A DNA stretch of 64,000 bases from an uncultured Planctomycetaceae bacterium. Its GTDB lineage: Bacteria; Planctomycetota; Planctomycetia; Planctomycetales; Planctomycetaceae. The stretch is taken from the NCBI GenBank assembly GCA_963815195.1, contig CAWFGE010000012.1:416001-480000 (forward strand), given 5' to 3'. How positions within the stretch are numbered: the first letter of the stretch is position 1; each line of letters starts with the position of its first letter. A program made the translations under genes and the position numbers. The notes under the pieces are model-generated. The model was not told the origin of the DNA, ran no database searches, and saw only the letters and a list, made by a program, of their open reading frames with translations. Of the stretch, positions 59,656 to 64,000 are shown piece after piece.

Positions 59656-61158
59656 TTATACCGCGTCGGGTTGCCAGTATTCCTGGCGGTATTTGACGAA
59701 CCGCTCGAAGGCGGTTTTGGGCGTGCCGTCGGCCCGGAGTAAGCCGGCGTGCGGGAAATGATGGGGGACGGCGTCGGAAAAATGCGTCCAGCAAATTCCC
59801 ACCACGACCTGTTTCGCCATGAGCATCGGCAGGTAGGCATCGACCCACGCCGCTTGGGATTCCTCGGTCCAGCCTGCTTTCCAGTCCGCCGTTTCGATTT
59901 CCAGATCGCTCGTGGCATTGGCGTCGGGAAGGGTGCTCGACGGAAACGCCAAGGTGACTTCCAAGGGCACGCCGAGGCAACTCCACAGATCGATCATCCG
60001 GGAGAACTCCAAAAGGTCGCGCGGCGCGGAGCCCCGCGGGGCATAGCCGATGCCGACTTCCAGGTTGACGCCGTAAAGCCCGACGCCGGAGCGGATCAAG
60101 GCATCGACAAAATGCAAGGGCGAGAGGCGGTGCTGTCCGCGGGCCTGGTATCCGCCCCAGGGCTGGTCGATGCGGACGGTGAGTTTGAGTTCGTCATCGA
60201 CTTGCCGGGCGACTTCCAGCGTACGGGCGGCGAGGGACAGGCGGTTTTCCTCGTTGAGGGCCAAGGCCCCGCCCGTGTTCACGCGGGCGGAGACCTCCCA
60301 ATGCCGGATGAGGCCGGCATAGCGGGCAACGGCGGTTTCCACAAAATCGCAGACGAAACTCTGCAGGTTGAGAAAGTCGTGCTCCCACTGCCAAAGCCAG
60401 GCGGGCAGGCCTTCCGGGGACAAGTCGAGCAAAGGCCCCGCGGACAGGAGGAGCTTTTGCTCTTGCGCCCAGGCGATCTGCTGGTCGTGGATTTCCCAGT
60501 CGTAGCTGCCTTCCTCCGGCTCGATGTGCTTCCACTCGATGGGCAGCGAGACCGCCGTGAATGCTTCGCAGAACTTCGCGGCGGCGTCTTCGTCGAGCGC
60601 GGTGCGGCCGATGTTGCATCCCAGCGACGCGGGCAGCCGGGCCGACCGCTTCCGGCGGACCGCCAACCGCTGCGTGGTATACGCCTCGGAGAGCACCCGC
60701 GAAGCCCCGAGCGCGACCTCCAACGCTTTCCAGGCGGTTTCGCTCGCCTCGGCGGGTTTGTGCTGTTGGGACGAGGCCTCGGCAAACAGCGTGTGGGCTT
60801 CTTTGTGGAGCCTCCAATACTCGTCCGGCACCGCCATGCCCGCCATCTCCCACGCGGCCAGTTGATCCCGCAACAGCGAAATCCGCCCGCGGGCAAGTTC
60901 CACGGCGAGCAAAAACGGCTCCTCGCGTTCCGGCAGCGACGACGTGCACACGCTCGGCCGCCCGAACCCCGGAATCGGCAGCGCCACATGCACCTTCCCG
61001 CTGTCCGCGCTGGTTCTCCGGCAGGCGACGACGTTGCCTTCGACTTCCACGCGCGTGGGAAAGACGCGTCCGTCGAACCCGCTGACATACGCCCGCTGCA
61101 ATTCGGGCCAGTCCTCAAGGAGGTTCTCCGGATAGACCAAAAACCGCATGACGCCCAT
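59656..61158 (-). CDS. GH10-like TIM-barrel protein, no signal peptide, catalytic motifs degenerate
   Basis: WKHIEPEEGSYDW, LPAWL, FVETAVARYAG, HWEV, GLLRADGTPK. Confidence 0.8.
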   Translation of the reverse strand: MGVMRFLVYPENLLEDWPELQRAYVSGFDGRVFPTRVEVEGNVVACRRTSADSGKVHVALPIPGFGRPSVCTSSLPEREEPFLLAVELARGRISLLRDQLAAWEMAGMAVPDEYWRLHKEAHTLFAEASSQQHKPAEASETAWKALEVALGASRVLSEAYTTQRLAVRRKRSARLPASLGCNIGRTALDEDAAAKFCEAFTAVSLPIEWKHIEPEEGSYDWEIHDQQIAWAQEQKLLLSAGPLLDLSPEGLPAWLWQWEHDFLNLQSFVCDFVETAVARYAGLIRHWEVSARVNTGGALALNEENRLSLAARTLEVARQVDDELKLTVRIDQPWGGYQARGQHRLSPLHFVDALIRSGVGLYGVNLEVGIGYAPRGSAPRDLLEFSRMIDLWSCLGVPLEVTLAFPSSTLPDANATSDLEIETADWKAGWTEESQAAWVDAYLPMLMAKQVVVGICWTHFSDAVPHHFPHAGLLRADGTPKTAFERFVKYRQEYWQPDAV

Positions 61159-61390
61159 TCAAAACCCCGATCGCAGGCCCGTTGACAGAACGCGAAACTC
61201 CCCCCGCCAGTGTAGTTGCGTTCCGGACGTTGTTCAAGAAAGTCCCCGGTGTTACACTCGGATTGGCTTCCCCGCTTCCGCTTCCTTCTCCCATCATAGC
61301 GGTCTCCCTCGGTCGGAGAGAGGGGGAGATTGGGAGAGGTCGCATCGATTTTGAAACCTTCCATTTTTTGACTCTTGGACTTTGGCCGCG

Positions 61391-62278
61391 ATGTCTCAGA
61401 CGGCGTTATTGCAAACTTCGCTTCCCGGACTGCCGGTCCGCCGGGGAAAGGTGCGCGACATTTATGATTTCGGGGATCGGCTGCTGTTCGTGGCGACCGA
61501 CCGCATCAGTGCGTTTGATTGGGTGCTGCCCAACGGCATCCCCGACAAAGGCCGGGTGTTGACGCAAACAAGCCGGATGTGGTTCGAGCGGCTGGGCGTG
61601 CCGAATCATGTCTTGAGCCTCGATCCCGAAGACGTGCCGCTGCCCGCGGGCGTGGACGTCGAGCCGCTTTCCGGGCGGAGCATGGTCGTCAAAAAGACCG
61701 AAGTCGTGCCGATCGAATGCGTGGTGCGGGGCTATTTGGCCGGTTCGGGCTGGAAGGAATACCGCGATCGGCAGACGGTGTGCGGATTGAAGTTGCCCGC
61801 AGGACTCGTGGAAAGCTCGCCGCTGCCGGAACCGATCTTCACGCCCGCGACCAAAGCCGAGTCGGGGCACGATATCAACATTCCGTTTGAAGAAATGGCC
61901 TCCCGCATCGGCCGCGAGCTGTCCGAGACGCTGCGCGACCGAAGCCTGCGGATTTACGCCCAGGCCGCGGATTACGCGCGGTCCAAGGGGATCATCCTGG
62001 CCGACACGAAATTCGAGTTCGGCCTCGTGGGCGGCGAGATTCTCTTGATCGATGAAGTCCTCACCCCCGACAGTTCCCGCTTCTGGCCCGCCGAGGATTA
62101 CGAACCCGGCCGCAGCCAGCGGAGCTACGACAAGCAGTTCGTGCGGGACTGGCTGGAAACCACCGGCTGGGACAAAAACAGCCCCCCGCCCGCGATGCCG
62201 GAAGAAATCATCACCCAAACCCGGGCGAAGTACATCGAAGCCTACGAGCAACTCGCGCAACAGCCATTCCCCTGGTGA
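61391..62278 (+). CDS. purC: Phosphoribosylaminoimidazole-succinocarboxamide (SAICAR) synthase
   Basis: [67 protein letters not shown]. Confidence 0.97.
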   Translation: MSQTALLQTSLPGLPVRRGKVRDIYDFGDRLLFVATDRISAFDWVLPNGIPDKGRVLTQTSRMWFERLGVPNHVLSLDPEDVPLPAGVDVEPLSGRSMVVKKTEVVPIECVVRGYLAGSGWKEYRDRQTVCGLKLPAGLVESSPLPEPIFTPATKAESGHDINIPFEEMASRIGRELSETLRDRSLRIYAQAADYARSKGIILADTKFEFGLVGGEILLIDEVLTPDSSRFWPAEDYEPGRSQRSYDKQFVRDWLETTGWDKNSPPPAMPEEIITQTRAKYIEAYEQLAQQPFPW

Positions 62279-62335
62279 CGGAACGGCGAGCGGCGAGCGT
62301 AAGCTGGCTGATCCGTTACGAGTGCTGGGATTGGG

Positions 62336-62405
62336 GAGCCGCGCACGAAGTAAGCGGTTTTCCGGGATTGACCGTTCGCAATGCCGCTTACTTCGTGCGC
62401 GGCTC
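62336..62405 (+). repeat. REPIN-like palindrome family A, copy 2
   Basis: GAGCCGCGCACGAAGTAAGCGG ... CCGCTTACTTCGTGCGCGGCTC; loop and 3' flank similar to copy 1. Confidence 0.9.
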
Positions 62406-62475
62406 GGGCGTTTTTTGGAACGACTGAATCTGAAATCTGCGGTTTACGCGGGGAACGCAAACCGCGCCAAATGTG

Positions 62476-62603
62476 GTGTGCGTATCACGAAATTAGGTCA
62501 TGGGCCAATTTGGGTGGCACGTCCCTGAGCCTCAGCGGAGGGCGTGGCCCTTGCAAAGACCACGCCCTTCGTGCCTCAGGGCGTGGCACCCAGATCCACT
62601 TGA
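62476..62603 (-). repeat. MITE/REPIN-like element family D, copy 2 (inverted)
   Basis: Reverse complement of 48091-48226 with a short internal indel. Confidence 0.85.
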
Positions 62604-62748
62604 AAAATACGTCCCGTCATTTTGCACCGACTTTCGTGAGACACACTCGCAAATGTGCCGCGCGGCTTGCGGTCTTTTCTCCTGGTTTGGGACCGGCTAT
62701 CATCATCGTTCCCTAAGGAATCGACGGCCAAACCAGATTGGGAGCGGG

Positions 62749-63642
62749 ATGAATCAGCGGGAGGAAGAGCACGGCGGCGTGGAATTGGCGGTGCTCGCGA
62801 GCGGGAGTTCCGGGAACGCCTGTTTGCTGCAGGTGGATGGGTTCGGCCTGTTGATCGATGCCGGGCTGGGGCCGCGGAAGCTGGTGGGCCAGCTCCGGAA
62901 GGTCGGTGCGGGTTGGCCGGCGGTTCAGGCGATGATTCTGACCCACACCCACGCCGACCATTGGAACGACCGCACGTTGGGGCGGCTGTCGAAACTCGGG
63001 ATACCGTTTTATTGCCATCGCGAGCACCAACGCCGCTTGAGCCGCATGGGCAGCGGGTTGGCTCAACTGCGGTCGGCCCGGCTCTTGCGGTTTTATTCGG
63101 AAGGGGAGCCGTTCGAGTTTCAGGGCGGCCTCGGTTGCCGGGCGGTTCCGGTTCGGCACGACAGCGGGGCGGCGTTCGGTTTCCGGTTCGAGCGGCCGCG
63201 GACGCTGTTCGGCTCCGCGTGGGCGATGGGGTACGCTTCCGATTTGGGGACCTGGGACGAAGCCGTGGCCGAGGCGTTTGCCAATGTCGATCTGTTCGCT
63301 GTGGAGTTCAACCACGACGAAGAGATGCAGCGACAAAGCCGGCGGCCTTGGCAGTTGATCGAGCGGGTGCTCAGCGATGAAGGCCATTTGTCCAACAATC
63401 AAGCCGCCGCGCTGACGGCCGAGATTGTCAATCGCTCGGCACCCAACCGTTTGCAGACCGTGGTGCAATTGCATCTCAGCCGGGACTGCAACCGCCCGCA
63501 ACTGGCCCGGCGATCCGCGGAGTCCGTTTTCGAGGAACTTGCCCATCCGTGCGAAATCCACACCGCCGACCAGCACGAACCGCTGGTCCATCCGCCGCGA
63601 ACATCGGCAGTCCCGGGCGGGCTGGGGCAGCGGTCCGCTTAA
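62749..63642 (+). CDS. Metallo-beta-lactamase-fold hydrolase (YycJ/WalJ-like)
   Basis: LASGSSGN, LIDAG, THTHADH, VRHDS, ASDLG, EFNHD, GHLSN, LHLSRDCN. Confidence 0.9.
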   Translation: MNQREEEHGGVELAVLASGSSGNACLLQVDGFGLLIDAGLGPRKLVGQLRKVGAGWPAVQAMILTHTHADHWNDRTLGRLSKLGIPFYCHREHQRRLSRMGSGLAQLRSARLLRFYSEGEPFEFQGGLGCRAVPVRHDSGAAFGFRFERPRTLFGSAWAMGYASDLGTWDEAVAEAFANVDLFAVEFNHDEEMQRQSRRPWQLIERVLSDEGHLSNNQAAALTAEIVNRSAPNRLQTVVQLHLSRDCNRPQLARRSAESVFEELAHPCEIHTADQHEPLVHPPRTSAVPGGLGQRSA

Positions 63643-63662
63643 TTTTCCGAGCAAAATCTATC

Positions 63663-63730
63663 GAGCCGCGCACGAAGTAAGCGGTTTTTCAAGTGTTTTT
63701 AGGATTCAAAACCGCTTACTTCGTGCGCGG
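63663..63730 (+). repeat. REPIN-like palindrome family A, copy 3
   Basis: Same arms, different loop (tttttcaagtgtttttaggattcaaaa). Confidence 0.88.
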
Positions 63731-63900
63731 GTCTTTCGCTTTTGGAATGACGGATTATTGATTTCGGGCCGGCACGCGGAAAATATTTCAATTTTCATGT
63801 CCCAAAACTTGGCAAAATCTGCCAAAATCCCCGCCGATCGCTCCGCGGTTGGGGCGTGTTTGCCGTTCGGCTCTTGTTTTATGGCGGAAACGAGGACTCT

Positions 63901-64000
63901 GTGTTTCCTCCCGTTGGACAATCTTCCAAACCTTCCCGCGGGAAATGGCGGCTAAGCCTCGGCCTGGTGCTGATGCTCGGGGCCATCGTCTGGATCGGGG
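63901..64000 (+). CDS. Start of membrane/secreted protein (truncated by window end)
   Basis: GAGGA RBS, GTG start, MFPPVGQSSKPSRGKWRLSLGLVLMLGAIVWIG. Confidence 0.5.
   Translation, partial: MFPPVGQSSKPSRGKWRLSLGLVLMLGAIVWIG

Noticed and set aside
21059..63730. Repeats as a CRISPR array
   Set aside because: Copies are dispersed inverted pairs, not direct repeats with regular spacers; no cas genes.

Overview
GC-rich bacterial chromosomal window, almost certainly from a planctomycete (Planctomycetaceae-like). The evidence is DUF1559, TIGR02996-LRR, PVC-type CxxCH cytochrome dehydrogenases, several PQQ/BamB-like propellers, a BBP2-type porin and DUF1080. It carries about 33 genes: housekeeping (dinG-like, aroA, purC, queD, amt, plsC-like, addB-like), transport, Ser/Thr signalling (PP2C, FHA, FHA-GAF-adenylate cyclase) and envelope proteins. 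I saw no rRNA, tRNA, CRISPR array, integrase or transposase. About 12 single-base frameshifts split otherwise intact genes, including aroA, which points to an unpolished long-read assembly. The most striking feature is an ECF sigma factor translationally coupled to what reconstructs, across 5 frameshifts, as one membrane-anchored protein of about 3,190 aa. Its architecture is cytoplasmic tail, TM, LolA/RseB-like, FecR-like, VIT, vWA, a second LolA-like region and a long TPR region, making it a candidate giant anti-sigma envelope sensor. Intergenic regions contain at least five families of REP/REPIN-like palindromes, some stacked into mosaics, plus 7-mer and 9-mer microrepeat elements. Other points of interest are a Fur-like box before an orphan hemP, a GH10-fold protein with degenerate catalytic motifs upstream of addB, and two candidate non-coding or leader RNAs. 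All domain calls come from reading motifs by eye, not from database searches.
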